From assembly GCA_964252035.1 (NCBI GenBank), contig OZ176211.1: a DNA stretch of 64,000 nucleotides. One strand, given 5' to 3'. The notes beneath the pieces are model-generated. The model searched no databases. It had not been told where the DNA came from and worked only from the letters and a program-made list of their open reading frames with translations. The translations under genes and the position numbers were made by a program. The stretch comes from Podarcis erhardii (taxonomy: Eukaryota). Positions 12,966-27,607 of this stretch are shown piece by piece. Numbering within the stretch: the first letter of the stretch is position 1; every line of letters starts with the position of its first letter.

Positions 12966-13154
12966 TATAGTGGCGCCCGCCCTGTGGAACGCCCTCCCAA
13001 AGAAATAAACAACTACCTGACATTTAGAAGACATCTGAAGGCAGCCCTGTTTAGGGAAGTTTTTAATGTGTGACATTTTAATGTATTTTTAATCTTTGTT
13101 GGAAGCCGCCCAGAGTGGCTGGGGAAACCCAGCCAGATGGGCGGGGTACAAATA

Positions 13155-13201
<47 letters not shown>
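12966..13201 (+). mobile_element. L2 LINE 3' end with (AAT)n tail
   Basis: Encodes VAPALWNALP, the L2 ORF2 C-terminal motif, followed by the 3' UTR and (AAT)n. Confidence 0.85.
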
Positions 13202-13203
<2 letters not shown>

Positions 13204-14505
13204 GAGTCCCTGAGGGCAAAAAAGAGCAACCGAGAATGAGGATAAAGTGATTTCAATTTAAACCCAGGAGTCACCCTTTGTAAGGGGTGTCAAATGTTGC
13301 CAACCATGGAAGACGTTTTACAACACTGTTCACCATTAACCCCCCAAAATAACAACTGCCCCTTAGAGTAGCTATGTGTCAGTCTGATACGAAGTCCAAA
13401 TTATGGGCAACTGATCCTTTATTGTGTCCCAAAGTTCTTAATATCCTCACTTATCTTCTTGATAAAATTAGGAAGCTGTAAAAAATAGTAAGAAATCTAA
13501 GAAATATTGCCTTCCTGGAATTTTTTTCTCCCTTTCCTTCCTTCACTAATTTGTGTGTCACCTCCAGGTTTGCTATAATTCTTTATTGGATGTTCTTCCA
13601 GTATGTACTTAAAATAAATAAATCTCCGGCAGGTTCAGAATACTGGCAACGTGGTTGGCTAGCAATATCAAATGTCACCCGACTATGGGATGTATTCTCG
13701 TTCTTGCTCCTCTCCCACTAAGCTGGCTCCTCATAAAGTTTGAAACCAATATTAATATTTAACTTTTAACACGCACTATCTTTCAGGGTCTCAGCCTGAC
13801 TTAATTAGCTGACATTTAGTTCCCAATATTTCACTGCACGCTCTTTAGAGTCCTTGGGTACTAGTTTATTAACATTCCCTACAGTAGAGTGGAGAAGGCA
13901 GTTTCTAGCTTCTTTATCAATTGTTCCTAAAGGCAAAAGGATTCATTGTTGAATGCCATTAGATGGGCCTATCCTCCAAATATGTTTGCAGGCACAGGGA
14001 AGAAGACCCCTGCTTTTCCATTTCATTTAAATGAGCTTTGTGAATTGCTCTCTCTCACTCTCCTTTTGCTGCATTTTCCTTGGTGCAAAGCCTTGGTAAA
14101 ATATGCCTCCAAAAAGCGCCGCCCTTACCTTTATTGTAAAAATACATAAAAGGTGGTTCTGCCATTAATCAGGATCCTTGCAGCAATGTGTGGGGTGAAT
14201 CCCTCTTAAGCAGGGTAGCTCAATACTTAGGTCTGTGCTTCCTTGCCTTAGGTAATTTGACCTTGCTCTTTAAAACAAAACAAAAACAAAACTCAACCTC
14301 TGGAAAGGGCAGCTGAAGATGTATCTGGGTTTGGTTTTGAATGTATATTTGGGCAATGCAGATGAGTAGCTGGGCTTGGGGCCCCTTTCTGTTCCCCTCC
14401 TAAGTGATTAGGCTGGATTTGTAAGCTATACTTTATTTCCTAGCAGAATAATGCAATCTTAAACCACGCTTAGCATTCCTACTCCAGTGTGATAAATCAA
14501 AGGTA

Positions 14506-14772
14506 CCGTATTTTTCGCTCTATAAGACCCACCAGACCACAAGACCACAAGATGCACCTAGTTTTGGGAGGAGGAAAACAAGGAAAAAAATATTCTGAAT
14601 CTCAGAAGCCAGAACAGCAAGAGGGATCGCCACGCAGTGAAAGCAGCAATCCCTCTTGTTGTTCTGGCTTCTGGGATAGCTGCGCAGCCTGCATTCGCTC
14701 CATAAGACGCACACACATTTCCCCTTACTTTTTAGGAGGGAAAAAGTGAGTCCTATAGAGCAAAAAATATGG
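14506..14772. mobile_element. Tc1/mariner (Tigger-like) MITE
   Basis: TIR CCGTATTTTTCGCTCTATAAGAC / GTCCTATAGAGCAAAAAATATGG; TA TSD on both sides. Confidence 0.88.
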
Positions 14773-15053
14773 TAAATCAAATGACCTTCTCTCCACCCCA
14801 GCTCTGGGCCCCAATGATTGACTTTCCTTGTCTTGCAGGACAGTCTTGGGCACTCAAGAGCCAGGAGCTGAAGAAATGTACTTTGTGCACCAGGCTTGTG
14901 ATCTGTGATGTCGAATGTCCATCCACTGGGCATCTCACCCTGGTACTTCCCAAATTAGCTGCTGCTCAGTTTGTGGAGCCTGCTATCAGGAGTTGAGTGC
15001 ATAATGGGTGACTTTCTGTGCAGCACCACAGAAAACACTGCTGTGGGCACTGA

Positions 15054-15055
<2 letters not shown>

Positions 15056-15140
<85 letters not shown>
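15056..15140. repeat. Compound (CT)n(CA)n microsatellite
   Basis: Direct inspection. Confidence 0.97.
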
Positions 15141-15141
<1 letters not shown>

Positions 15142-16299
15142 TATGCACCTGAATAGATATATAGATACCATTGTGCTAACACAGAAACCCTGCAACATTC
15201 TGCAACATGAGACTCTCAGCTGTGGTATTTCCAAAGTGAGGACTGGAGTTTCTCAGCGCAATCCTATGCCTGTTTACTTGGAAGCAAATCCCCCTGCCTG
15301 AAATGGGGTTTAGGGCTACCGCTTCAGTGTGCCACACACAGCTCCCTTCTCCTATCTAAAATCACCAGAAGCAGAATGATTTCTGTAACCCTGGAGACCT
15401 GTTTACTCAGAAGTAAGGCCCACGGGGTTTCCTCCCGGGTAGCTGTGCATGTTGAATCCTGTTTTTCTTTGCACAGGATACAGTCTTCCTTGTCACATAG
15501 GTTTCTTTTCTTTTTCAACACCTAAGCGCACGCAGGCCTGGGTTTACCCTTCAGCAGTAGCATATCAGCCCCGACAGAGTTGTGTTAGAGATCTACATTT
15601 GATATCCAGCAACTGAATAACTTTAGCTCTAATTATCTAGTTAAGCTACCATAACAAAACATGCTGTATATGGTTGTGTTCAGTATAATTACAGAGTATT
15701 TCACAAGAAGTGCGATTAATAGTATTTCATTACATTTCGATGCGGCTTCCCTAATTTGCAATGAACTTAATGCGTGCAGGATGTCTCCTGTATGAGTTAA
15801 TATTCTACCTATCATATGTTGGTCCACTGAATGTGTGTGTGTGTGTGTGTGTATGTGTGTGCATGAGAGAGAGAGAGCTCACCGGGAGACAAATATGAGT
15901 AAAAAAAAAAAAGACTTGTTATTGAACAATCTTGTTTTTAGGGCTTATCTTAGTAAATAAAGTATTGATCTTTTCCATTGGGGACTCTTGGTTCAATTCC
16001 ACTATCCGTCCCTCAGTGATATGTAGTGGTGGCAACTCATTCCTAGCAAACAGTATCAATCCACATTAAATATAATATCAGTCACAGCAACCTGAGCTCT
16101 ATGCCTGATAGACCTGATGCAGAAAATGAAATCAACCATTAAAAAATAAGTGTATAATTCTAACGCTGGTGCCATCTTTGTTTTGAAGGAAAACGGAGAC
16201 TGGGGATGCGGCCGCTGCAAATGCATGCTGCTCCTTTGAGTTTAGCAGAATGATCGCCCTTGTTACATCATCCTCTCTTGCCTTGAACAGTTCTGTTAA

Positions 16300-16570
16300 A
16301 ACAACAAGGTAACAAGGGCCTGGTGGATCAGGCCAAAGACCAATCTAGACCAGCAATCTGTTCTTACAGTGGCAAACCAGACGCCTATGGGAAGTCTACA
16401 TGCAAGCCCTATGCACAAGAGTACTTAACCCACTTGTGATTTCCAGTAACTGTCTTCAGAGGCAAATGGCCTCCAACAGTGGAGCTAGTAACAGTTGATA
16501 GCCTTATCATCCATTAATTTATTTAATTCTCTTTTAAAGCCAAATGTGGTAGCCACCACTACTTCTAATT
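16300..16570 (-). mobile_element. Old CR1 3' end
   Basis: ggatcaggccaaagaccaatctagaccagca... resembles the reverse complement of a CR1 3' UTR; related to 59675-59965. Confidence 0.55.
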
Positions 16571-19500
16571 TATAAATATGTGCATCACATATTTTGTATA
16601 TTTTGTACAACTAGCTGATTTTTTTCAGATCATCTTTCTAACATATATATTAAATTCTCGTGAATTAAATGGACACACATATGTATGCCTTAGTAAAATA
16701 AATACTGTCAGAGTTCAAAACCACCTTCCCATCTGCAACAATTATAGTGGATTGCCCTTAAGTACTAATTAAGCAGAAATCTTTTGCAAAGCAATGGCAT
16801 ATTATGGAACTGAACGCTACACAAGCCAATCCTGAAAACATTCACTTGCAAGTGAGTAACTGCAACTGTCACAAAGGGAACTTACTTTCAAATAAGTGTA
16901 CTTATAACCCTGATCCTAAATATATGGACATGAAAGCAAGTCTGCTTCCAAGGAATTGTGTAAAGGGCTGCAATATTCAATGATGACTGAGATTCACTAA
17001 GTAATGTTGATACGTCTTTAGCAAGCATTTTATGTTGGTGATGTGTAACTCCCCCCCCCCCCGATTAATGCAGCTTTAAAACAAATGGCTCCAAGATTTT
17101 ACTTTACTTCTCTATAATGCTATCTGAACAAACATTCATATTTATTTATTTTTTAAAAAATCTTCTCTTGAGATACTCCTAGTAATAATGCTGTCTGATG
17201 TACTTCTGCCATGGAGTTATATATATTATTTTTAGAAGCTCTAGGCACGTCCAATCAAAGTTTGAAGATGCATGGAAACAGAAGCTCAGTGCTTTTATTT
17301 GTAAAAAGTGTGTTATCAAGGTACTAATATCTTGATAACAGTGCCCTGTGTGCCAGCACACGAGTACCATCACACACACAAAAAGCACTGGTTACACTAT
17401 TTATTTTTGACCTTTTATTTTTGTCCTTCCCTAGTCAGAAAGAAACCTGGTAGCTCTTCTATGCAGAAGCCTTATTAGGGACACAGTTTGTCCAGATTCT
17501 TCATGAAGGCAAAATGATGCGAACAAAACAAGCTTCAGTCAACCCTGCCATCAGTTTTGAAAACATGTTTGACAACAAGAGGAGAAGCAAAGAGCACAAG
17601 CGTTTCAATCACTCCTCCTCCAAGCTCTCTCTCTCTCCCCCCCCCCCCCATTAATGGTATGTTGTTTGGTAGAAATATAATGTGCTGTATAGTGTAATAA
17701 AAGGCACTGATTATCGTTAAGCACCGAGCCATTTTCTAACTCTATATTTATCTAACAATATTTTTAAGTGTCATATTCACGCTGTTGCAATGGAAGCTTT
17801 TGGGTGCTCTTTTGTCCCTCCATCATTTACCTGGTTTAAAAGTCCCAACCTTATTTAAGGCACATGTGGGCCCATACTCATGCCAAGGCTCCCATCACAT
17901 ACCCACTTACCTCGGAGTAAGTCCCATTGAAAGGGTCTTGGTGGACTTGTATAGAATCGCTCTGCAAATTATGCAAACCAATTTGGCTCAGATCTGTGCT
18001 GGAGTAACGCCGACTGAATCAATGGGTTTGTGATAAGGCCCTTTTATACACTTCAGCGTATAAAACTGAAGTCATTTAGTAAGGTTTCAAAAGGGGACAT
18101 GACAAAATTATCTTTAAGACACAACCATCAGTTCTAAAGAGCTGGCCACAAGTTCTTGCCTTCTAACCCAATCAAAACTGCATCAACTTGTCACTGGAGG
18201 CCTGGCTTCAAGAAAACATATGGGTCCCGGAGACACAACAAAAAGCAAAGCGGGCACAGTTAGATTTTCATCCATATCCGGTGAGAGTGCCAGTATAGCA
18301 TAAAAGATTATTTACTCAATAAACGAAGCATAAACCCAGTGTCAAAGTGCTAAAAGTAGGTGTTCAAGAAAACACAAACAAAAATACTTCAGTCAGATAC
18401 AGTTTTACTGACAGCTGTAACTGAAATGTTGACGATTACTAGAACAGATGGAAATAGGAGGAAAAAGTAATGTTTTGAAGTGCTTACACTGTCAATTGGT
18501 TAACTTTGTACCAGAAAGTCTGAAAGGACTTTTGATGAGCAGTCATATATACTGGATTTTTCCATAGAGGGTTTTTTTAAACTAAATTTTACTCAAAGTA
18601 TACCCACTGAAATGAATGTGTGTAAGTTAGTAATGTCAATTAATTATGATGGGTCTACATGGAATATGACTAGCCTTGCATACAACCCTGAATCTTTCCC
18701 TTGGCATCTGAATAGTGCATGCAAACACCGGACCTATTTTTCTTTTCTTCTCTTTGAGAGGGTATATATATGATTTCACCATTCCCCAAACTAATTGGGA
18801 TACTGAGACCACTTCTCACTAATTAAAATAAACTGATGAGATTTGAAGTTGATTATGCCCCCTTTTAATATATATAAAGTATAGATTTTGGGTAAGTTCT
18901 TTCCTTATCTTTGCCCTAAAAATCAATAGGATTCCATGAAGTGTGAAGGAAGCAATTTGACCCTTTCCATTTAATTTTCCACCCACCATGAATAGGGACG
19001 GAGTTTCCAGCTCTATTTGTCTAAATGAAGCCAACTGGAAACCTCTCTGTTTCATCTTCATATTTGGGGTGTTTGCTAAGCATAATAGTTTCATGTCAAA
19101 ATGAAAGTCCTCAAACTGACTGGTATATTCACCTTTGTTATTCAACAGACTAGAAACCATACTAATTAGATAAAATGTATTATTTAAATGAAAGAAAGAA
19201 ATTTAATGTCATTTGCTGAGGTAGACAATAGACTGTTACTACTCAACACAGACAAAGGATGAATATAAAACTGAGGAAAATCTTGTTGATAAAACATGCT
19301 GCTAAAAATAATATTTAAGTACCCATTGTGGACCCAGTGATTTCTGTTTATGTGGATGTAGGTGGAGGTTTACAGGCAATCTCCCCGATTCTAAACTTAT
19401 CTATTTGGAAGTAAGTTCCAATGATTTTAATGGATTATAATTCCAAGTAATTGGACTTTGGGTTGGGGCTGGTGGCTCTGATGTTGCACAATCCAGTTAA

Positions 19501-20926
19501 GCTGAGATAGTCAGAACTGAATGTAAGCCAGTGTGGTCATATCCACTGCCATGAGACTAACACATGGGCCTAAGCACATTACTCAGAAGGCTATCCATTG
19601 ATATCAATGGTGTTTACTTCCAAGTAATATCAGGGTCAGGTTGCCAGTCATTGTAAATCCACCATCTGTGACATGTAAGGCTTGTGGAAAGGAACGTAAA
19701 CCACACAACAAGATATAAAGGGAAAGATATAAAGGGAATTGTTGACTCCACTCAAACAAAATTAATAAAAATTCACAATGACCAAAAAGCATCAAGAGTT
19801 TTCTCCTGGCTGAGATATAACATGTACATTCCACTCCTAAACAAAAAAAGTTGTTAAGTTCTGTTGGTTTCAAAAGAACTCATTAATTTTGAAAACAATG
19901 AAAATGTGTAATAGTATGAGAGGACAGTTGATGGCTTGAAATAAACCATGTTTAAGCTGGGAATATATAGGTTTTTCATCTTACTACAGTGTGACATTTT
20001 ATACATCTCCCTTACTAAAATTTAAATGCCGAGCTGTTTCCTTTTAAGTACGCACTGTTTTAGGGAAGACCATTTTCTTTTAAATCCCTTTATCAACTGT
20101 CTACTAAGTTTATAGGGAATGGATTTTGATTGACTTTCCAGTGGCCTCAAAACAAAACTGTACACAATATATATTTTTGGAAGTTATTTTTCCAATGTGG
20201 GAAACTTTATACTTCAAAACCTCATATTTCAAAATATAGACAATATTTTTGCACACTAACCCTTCTACTTAAAACTAAGGGAGGCCAGCATGTGGTTTGA
20301 TCCATGAGTAGAACAAACTTCAGTAAGAATTTACCAAAAAGTGAAAAAAAGTTTGAGAGTAGCTATAAGTAACAATTACTGAATGAGAGAGGCTTTTATC
20401 ATTATAAAGTGTTGAAAATCATAAACAAACATATTGTGCGAGTTAGTAATAAAATACCATCCAATCAAAGAAAATTATTAGACACGGTTTACTGGTGCAA
20501 GAAGCGTCAGGGGCACACTGATATTTCCCCATTTTGAAGCAACCTCTTTACAATCTGATTGCAATTTACGGTGATCACATTAAATTCTGCCTTTTCGTTT
20601 GTTTTGAGTGCAAGGAACAGAAGCAACTGCCTTATGGGCTGGCTGGATTCTACCCCTAAACAAGAGATTCTGCTATTTGATAGACTTTTTGCTCAGTGAT
20701 CTCTTCCAATACCTAGAGCACCCAAAATGCTGTCAATGGTTTCTACTAAACAAAGAAAGTTTCTTTAAATCAGATCACTTCTAAAGGATGGTATGTTGAG
20801 AAAGCTTCTGCCAAAGAGTTGATTTATAGCAACAGGAACCAGTTGACATTTACTTAAACCGGCACAGTTCTGTTGACTTCAGTGTGACAACACCAGTGTC
20901 ATTAGCAGTCTAAGGTGAGCCCTGAA

Positions 20927-20958
<32 letters not shown>

Positions 20959-21402
20959 TCATCATCATCAGAACTGGTTCATATATTCACAATGACTTGG
21001 TAAAACCACACCAGCTAAAACAAGAGATTAACAATACACAACACCATAATTTTGCTTCAATCCACGTGGCCATCTTCTGTTAAGCAAGAGTTACCATTCT
21101 ACCAGTGAGCTAACAAATTCTCTTACTACCAGGCATTGGGGTTCTTGAAAAAGAGCATGACTGACACAACAGCCTTGGGAATAATTTTCACCACTGACCA
21201 TTCTAGTCCCAGTCCAGTGTCCTCAATAATTGGTGCAGATGGCAACTTTAAATTATCAGTATCAAGTTGGATGTCTTTTTTAAAAAAAAAAAAAACCACA
21301 ACAACCCACCATAAACAAAGATAAGGGTTAATGGAAGGCAGAAATTGTAGGGATATTTCACTTGACGTTCTTCATCTGTAATAGCAGCAGACTCCAGTTG
21401 TT

Positions 21403-21440
21403 CTAGAGCTCACCATGCATCTCGGGGTTTGGACAAAGAC
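21403..21440 (-). CDS. CNPY1: CNPY1 terminal coding exon: (G)LCPNPEMHGEL*
   Basis: Acceptor ttgtcctttctcgttcag|GT CTT TGT CCA AAC CCC GAG ATG CAT GGT GAG CTC TAG. The phase-1 join works. It supplies the last saposin-like Cys and a KDEL-like C-terminus, as in other canopy proteins. Confidence 0.92.
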
Positions 21441-22109
21441 CTGAACGAGAAAGGACAATGTTCCATGTCATTAAAGTATTCAACAATTCGATTCTCTTAC
21501 AATTACAGAACTTTCTCATTTTTTTCATGCTGCATAATCTCTTGGCCACGACTATGCAATAAATTGCTTGCCAGGGTTACAACTATGTAGAATATGCTAA
21601 ATCTTGACATACATTTTGATCAAAGAACAATGGCAGGTTATAGGTATCATAGAAATCTGTCAATGTTACTTTGATAGCAGACTGATCTTTTTGCCTGATT
21701 TGGCTTGGCTCCACAAAACAGAGCAACCTGGTTTGTATATTGATTGATTCATGTTGGCAAATCTTCACAACCTTTTTACTTTTGTTATGGGTATATTAAT
21801 AAATTAACGACTTCTAAAGGTGTGTAGCTCTCTGGAAGTTTTGAGCTTTGAGCAAACTGCAGGTGAAGGGATGTATCAAAAAACTCTTTTAATTTGACGA
21901 TGCAATCCTCATTTGAGGTGGGGTTCCCTCACTCCGTTATGAACTCTACAGCATTGTCCCATTTGTGTTTTCCCACTGCACAAACTTCTTCAAGGAAAAT
22001 AATTGCCTTGAAATACATATCAAGAAGATACTCCAAGCTTAGAAAATGAACAGTTTTCTGGATGTGGACATATCAAAGTTATCTAAAAATTATGACTGCA
22101 ATCCTAGAC

Positions 22110-22500
22110 ACACTTACCTGGGATAGGGAAAGAGATTCTTTTTGGTTCACATTTAAAGGTGAACCTGCCTAAATCTCAGTTTCAAAAAAATAACAATAAT
22201 ACAATAATTGAAACATAGCCATTCCTCGAAATTTGCACTTCTCTGAATTTTGAGATGCAGCTGTCCAGCTAAGTCATGTGTACAAAAATGCATATACTAG
22301 GGCAAAGTGTGCATAAAAATATATACAGTGAAAATAATGTATAAACATGCATTATATTAGGGTAAAGTTCTTTGCACAATGTGCATATTAGGAGAAATTC
22401 ACTGATGAATTTTCATGAGAACTTTTTTAAAAATTGCAAACTGATATGGAAATATAAAGATCTGAACGTAAGACTGGAAAAAGGAAAGCAAAACCAGAAT
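22110..22500. repeat. Old unclassified AT-rich interspersed repeat
   Basis: Similar in opposite orientation to ~56020-56245 (aaatttgcac.../gtgcaaatttctcc..., tacaaaaatgc/gcatttttgtac). Confidence 0.4.
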
Positions 22501-25500
22501 TGAGAGATTCTGGGTATCGGTCCCATTGAACTCAACGGGGCTTGCTTCTTAGTAGGCATGTATAGAGTTGCACTGTGAACCTAATTATTTGGAATATTTC
22601 CTATTGTAATTTGGGCCTTTACTTCTGAGTAAATATAGTTAAGATGGAGTTCTAACCCTATTATTTGACAAGAAAACTGGGCCTAGGTTACTTGGCAACA
22701 GGTCCTCCCGTGAACTACAGTGGGTAAGTTTGGTTTACTGAAGCAAGCAAATTTCCCCTGTAAGAACTCAAAATAGAAATTTCAGTGTCACACAATAAGT
22801 GAATGGTTACCAGTTCAAAAGAAAAGAAATGAAACCAATTACAATGGATTTGTTGCTCTACTAAGGTCTTTCAAGTAGCACCGCAATGTTTGTTCCTGCA
22901 AAGCTTGAGTTTGCAAAACCCCACCATACAACAGGACTATAATTAAACACTGTATTTATTTCCTGGCCATTTCCAAACTGTTTTCCGAAAGGTGAGGGGA
23001 GATCATTATGAAACTCTGTAAAGTTTCATTAAAAAATTACACCCATGAAGTGACTGCATCTTCTTTATTTTCCGGTCCCAGAGAATATTACAGTGCAGTG
23101 GAAAAGCTAACATAATTCAGGTACAAAAACAGAGCTGTATTATTTAGAACTCTGTTGTACTGCTTTGGACTTGGCAAATCATCCTGAAGAGCAACTCTCA
23201 GTGAGGACTAGTCACCTGGAAAGCATCAACTTTCAAAGCTCTGCTGTTAGAGGAATAATAGACATGTTGGAATGAGGTAGAGAGAGGGGGAGTGGAAACA
23301 TCCAGCTTTCGTAGCAGAATGGATGTATTTTTCTACCCTTGTGCAATTCAAAAATGCATGAATGGTTTCTGCTCCAGCTTTCTACATACATAAATATATT
23401 CACCTTTGGGATGAGAATGGAAAACTCCAGCCAAAGAGAATAATTTTGCAGAGCTATGAGCATGTGAAGGCGATTATTACAACGGAAGTCTCTATGTTAC
23501 CTTAATGATAACTTTGGGGGGCAATTGAAATCTAGAGTAGTGTATTATATTGCCGTGGTAAATCTACTGATGAAAGTCCATACCTTAACCTAGAGAATAT
23601 CCTTGGCCAATCTCCTAATTTGAATTGCAATAAACAGTGTAATTAGCTTGGCTCCCTGTAAAGGGGTAAACTGGAAAGCAAGGATATGACAAAGGTTGTC
23701 GTTTACGTAAATCCATGCCCTTCCATCCACCACCTTCCCAAAATCTTCTAGACTGTGATACATAAAGAGACAACTACTTATTGCAAGATAAGATCCTAAG
23801 GTCCTATAAGATCATTGGTCCTGGGGCAAATCTCAGGTTCCAGCTTACGAAAAAAGAGAAAAAAAGTATTAATCTGAGAAACAGCTCCCAGTTGCTTAAG
23901 CAGAAAGTAAAGGCAGACCAAAAGAGGAAAAAGAACACACACTGTGTGTTTCATTCTTTTTAATTCCCTGTCTATGAAAAGTGTAGTATAGAGATTTTGA
24001 GTGAGATCAAAGAAAACTTTTGACAGATAACTGATCCACGGTTGTCTATATCAAACAGTTTCATCATTTTAACACACATCATTAAAAGTGTGTGGTTTTT
24101 TTTGCTCTTTAGTCAACAAGGAACACAAATGTCATGTAAACATGCAAAGAAATGCCAGTATATCTTTACAGCAAATGTTTCTTGAATCTGACATATTGGT
24201 AGCATCAGCCGGACAAATTCTTAGGGAGTCTGTGCAATTTCCCTCTTCACCCCTTGCAACAAGACTGAGGACCCTGAATATTTTCCATTCATACAATGTA
24301 AAAGATAACACAGTAATAGCACAAGCTATTGTTCCTATGAGCCCCTCAAAATAACATCATATTCTCTGAATTTTGCTTTGTGCAACACTTCAAAATATTT
24401 CTGCACTGTCTTTCTGTATTTTGTATTTTCCAGTGAAATTTACAGCCCCACGAACTGCCATGGGCAAATTCTTTTTGTGGGCCATTTGGTTGACTGAAAG
24501 CGCTCATCTTTCACAAAGCTCCGCACACATTGAAAACAGTTTCTTGAGTATATACCCCTACACAAGCTGCAAGCAGATGGGAATGGCTGCCAACATCAAA
24601 ACAAATTTATAATAAAGTTGTAATGTGATAATAGAGCTGGGGGAAAGCATAAACAAGGATTTCCCCATATTTTGCCATTTAGCCCGGTCTATGTGGTGCC
24701 TCTGCGCAGGGATTCCTGGAGAACTTTACTTTTATACTTCTCTGATTGCCAGATGTGATTCTCCTGCCAATTTGAAATCAGATTCCCTCCCTACCAGAAG
24801 CGAAGTTGAGATGCTTCTGGCTTCCCTAAAGCTAAGCAGTTTTATCTCCCTCCATTGATAGTGTTGTAGATCTGAATTAATCTGAAAGCTGAATGCCATG
24901 GCTTCTCTTATTTTCTTTCTTTCTTTAAAACTAAACGTTTTTCTCTAGAAATGTGTTTGGATGCTCTCTTTAATGTCAAACTTCTTTTTCTCCTTCCCCA
25001 TATGGAAACGGGAGTCAGATAGTGTGGCTGGCTGCTTTCCTTTCTCCCTTGCATTTTGTGGAGTTTCTCTTTAGCATGTCTGCCATGTTTGTAGTCCTGT
25101 GAGATTTTACAAGGTCAGGCACAAGGACTGCTCTATTCTTGCACTGTATTTTCCTGTTTCCTCTCCAGCCACGTCCAGGCAAAAACAGCAAAACTACTGC
25201 TGCTGTTCTTATATATTTATTTAAGAAAACACCTCTGATAGTTATTTGGTTCTGCGAGACCCAAATGTTTGAATCCCTCCAGCCGATGTGAAGGCCTGCC
25301 CCTTTCCCTTCTGGCATTGGTTGTATTTTGTCACAGTCCCAAATGTGCCTTCTTTGAAGACCCATTGATTTCAGAAGAAATTGCTTCCAAGTAAGCCTGC
25401 TTTGAATCGCAATCTAAAGCCACAATTCTAAACAGGATTATGTGGAAATGAGTCCCGTTGAGTGTGATGATAGCAAACCCAAGTTCTCATGAGGCAAGTC

Positions 25501-27325
25501 AGTTTCCCGGGGGTTCTTTTAAGGAAATCAGAATGCCGAGGGTAACTTTATACACTTTTATTAAAATGAAATAAAAGTGTGTATACATATACATATGTAT
25601 ATACAGATAACTGACCAAGGAGGCTGTGATTTATGAAATTAGCCAGGAGAGACAAGAAAGAAGACGAAAGACTAACTAACCCGATGCCTAACCTGGTGCA
25701 CGTTTTCTTGGAAGTAAATCTTACCATGTTCAATAGGACTGACACCTGTGTAATTGTGCACAGGCTGCAGGTTTACTAACCTACTTTGGCGTGGGTTTTC
25801 ATAAGCAAAAGCTTACTTTGCCCATTGTCCCAGGAAACAGAATTCATTACACACAACTTTCAACAGGCTTTTGGCTTCAGTGTGACGGCACATTACTTCA
25901 CCCTAAAACTACGGGCAAGTTTGAGAGTTAGATCAGTGAGTCGGAGAAAATCTGCTCAGATCGTTCACCCAGTTTTTCCTTACTCTTCAATGCCATTTTC
26001 TCTTCGCCTCCATATAGTTTGGGGCTGGGGAAATAACAGACTATGGGAAGTGCATGCAGAGTTCTGAAAACAACCTTCAATCTTTGCCTTTTCTAATATT
26101 TTAAGAAAAGCAATATAGATGATGCCCTGATCAAAAGAAACTTCTTGGAATACTTTGTTTTTAAATGATTTATCTGTGGGTGTCGCAATGGAGGCTTTTT
26201 AACAGTTACACTTTTCCAGTCCTCCTACATATTATACTTAAAAACAGAAAATAAACTTCTATGGACACTTCCTAAGTTCCACCAATGTTTAACTTTTAAT
26301 ATCCCTTAGTTTGGAAATTAATAATAGTTATTTTGAACCTTAAAAGCCTATTAAATATTATAGTAGTGATTGTTAGATGTACATTTTCACTCATACTCTT
26401 TCACTCACTCTTTATTCCTAAAATGTTTTTATCCAAAGGCGATGGTCTATGTCACCTTTCCCAACCTGCTGCCCTCCAGATGTTTTGGACTACAACACCC
26501 ATTGAGTCCTGGAGGGCACCAGGTTCGTGAAGCCTGGTCTAAATCTATTTAGAATTTGACCGAAATGGATTAAGCAGAATGGCCTTCTTGGTCTTAAATA
26601 TTAATATGTAAAACTAAAAGCAAGGTAGATGCATGACAAACATGAATGAATATTCCTAACAGGGAATAATTTATCTGGGCATTATTTCAGTTAGAAACTT
26701 CTGGATCACACTACAGAACCATGCATTTGCTATTTAAAGGATGAAGCAAAAGTACCAATTCTTTTTTTGGGGGGTGGGGTGGGGGTAAGGAAGTCCACAA
26801 AATGTGCTTTGAGCAGGAATCAATCTTGAAACTGCTTAAGGGCACGTGGCCTACCAAAATACTTTTGGAAGCGTTGCAATGTTTATTTGTTCTCGCTCCT
26901 ATTCCACTGCCCGCCCCCCACTCCCAGGATATCACAAAAGGAAACTACTGCTAAAGATACAACCTGGGTGCATCGCAGCACCATTAAAATCTGGTGCCAT
27001 TGGCCTCAACCGGCTCACGATGGCAACCTCAAGCGTTGTATGTAAGGAATATGTTGTGATGCAAGATGTGGTTCTATTTATCCACACACACACACACACA
27101 CACCGATTGTCTATTTATTACATACGCATGCACACACATATACACATATATATGTCTACGGAAAAAACCTGGCACTTGTAATACTTGACGAAAATTCGTA
27201 GCACATGCGCTTGGCATTTTAAAAATGGGTGGCATGACAGAATTTATGAGCAGATTTTCAGTCTATTTAGAGGATCCCACTTTCTGCCCCCAGTTCACAG
27301 CAGTGCAATGTCAGTGCCTCTTTCA

Positions 27326-27607
<282 letters not shown>

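Noticed and set aside
12840-13201. Poly-N/I/L ORFs and array-like repeats
   Set aside because: These are (AAT)n tails of L2-derived sequence. There is no CRISPR-like repeat-spacer structure anywhere in the window.
1-21400. EN2 or other neighbouring genes expected from synteny
   Set aside because: No homeodomain or other recognisable coding exon found; EN2, RBM33 and SHH lie outside the window if synteny holds.
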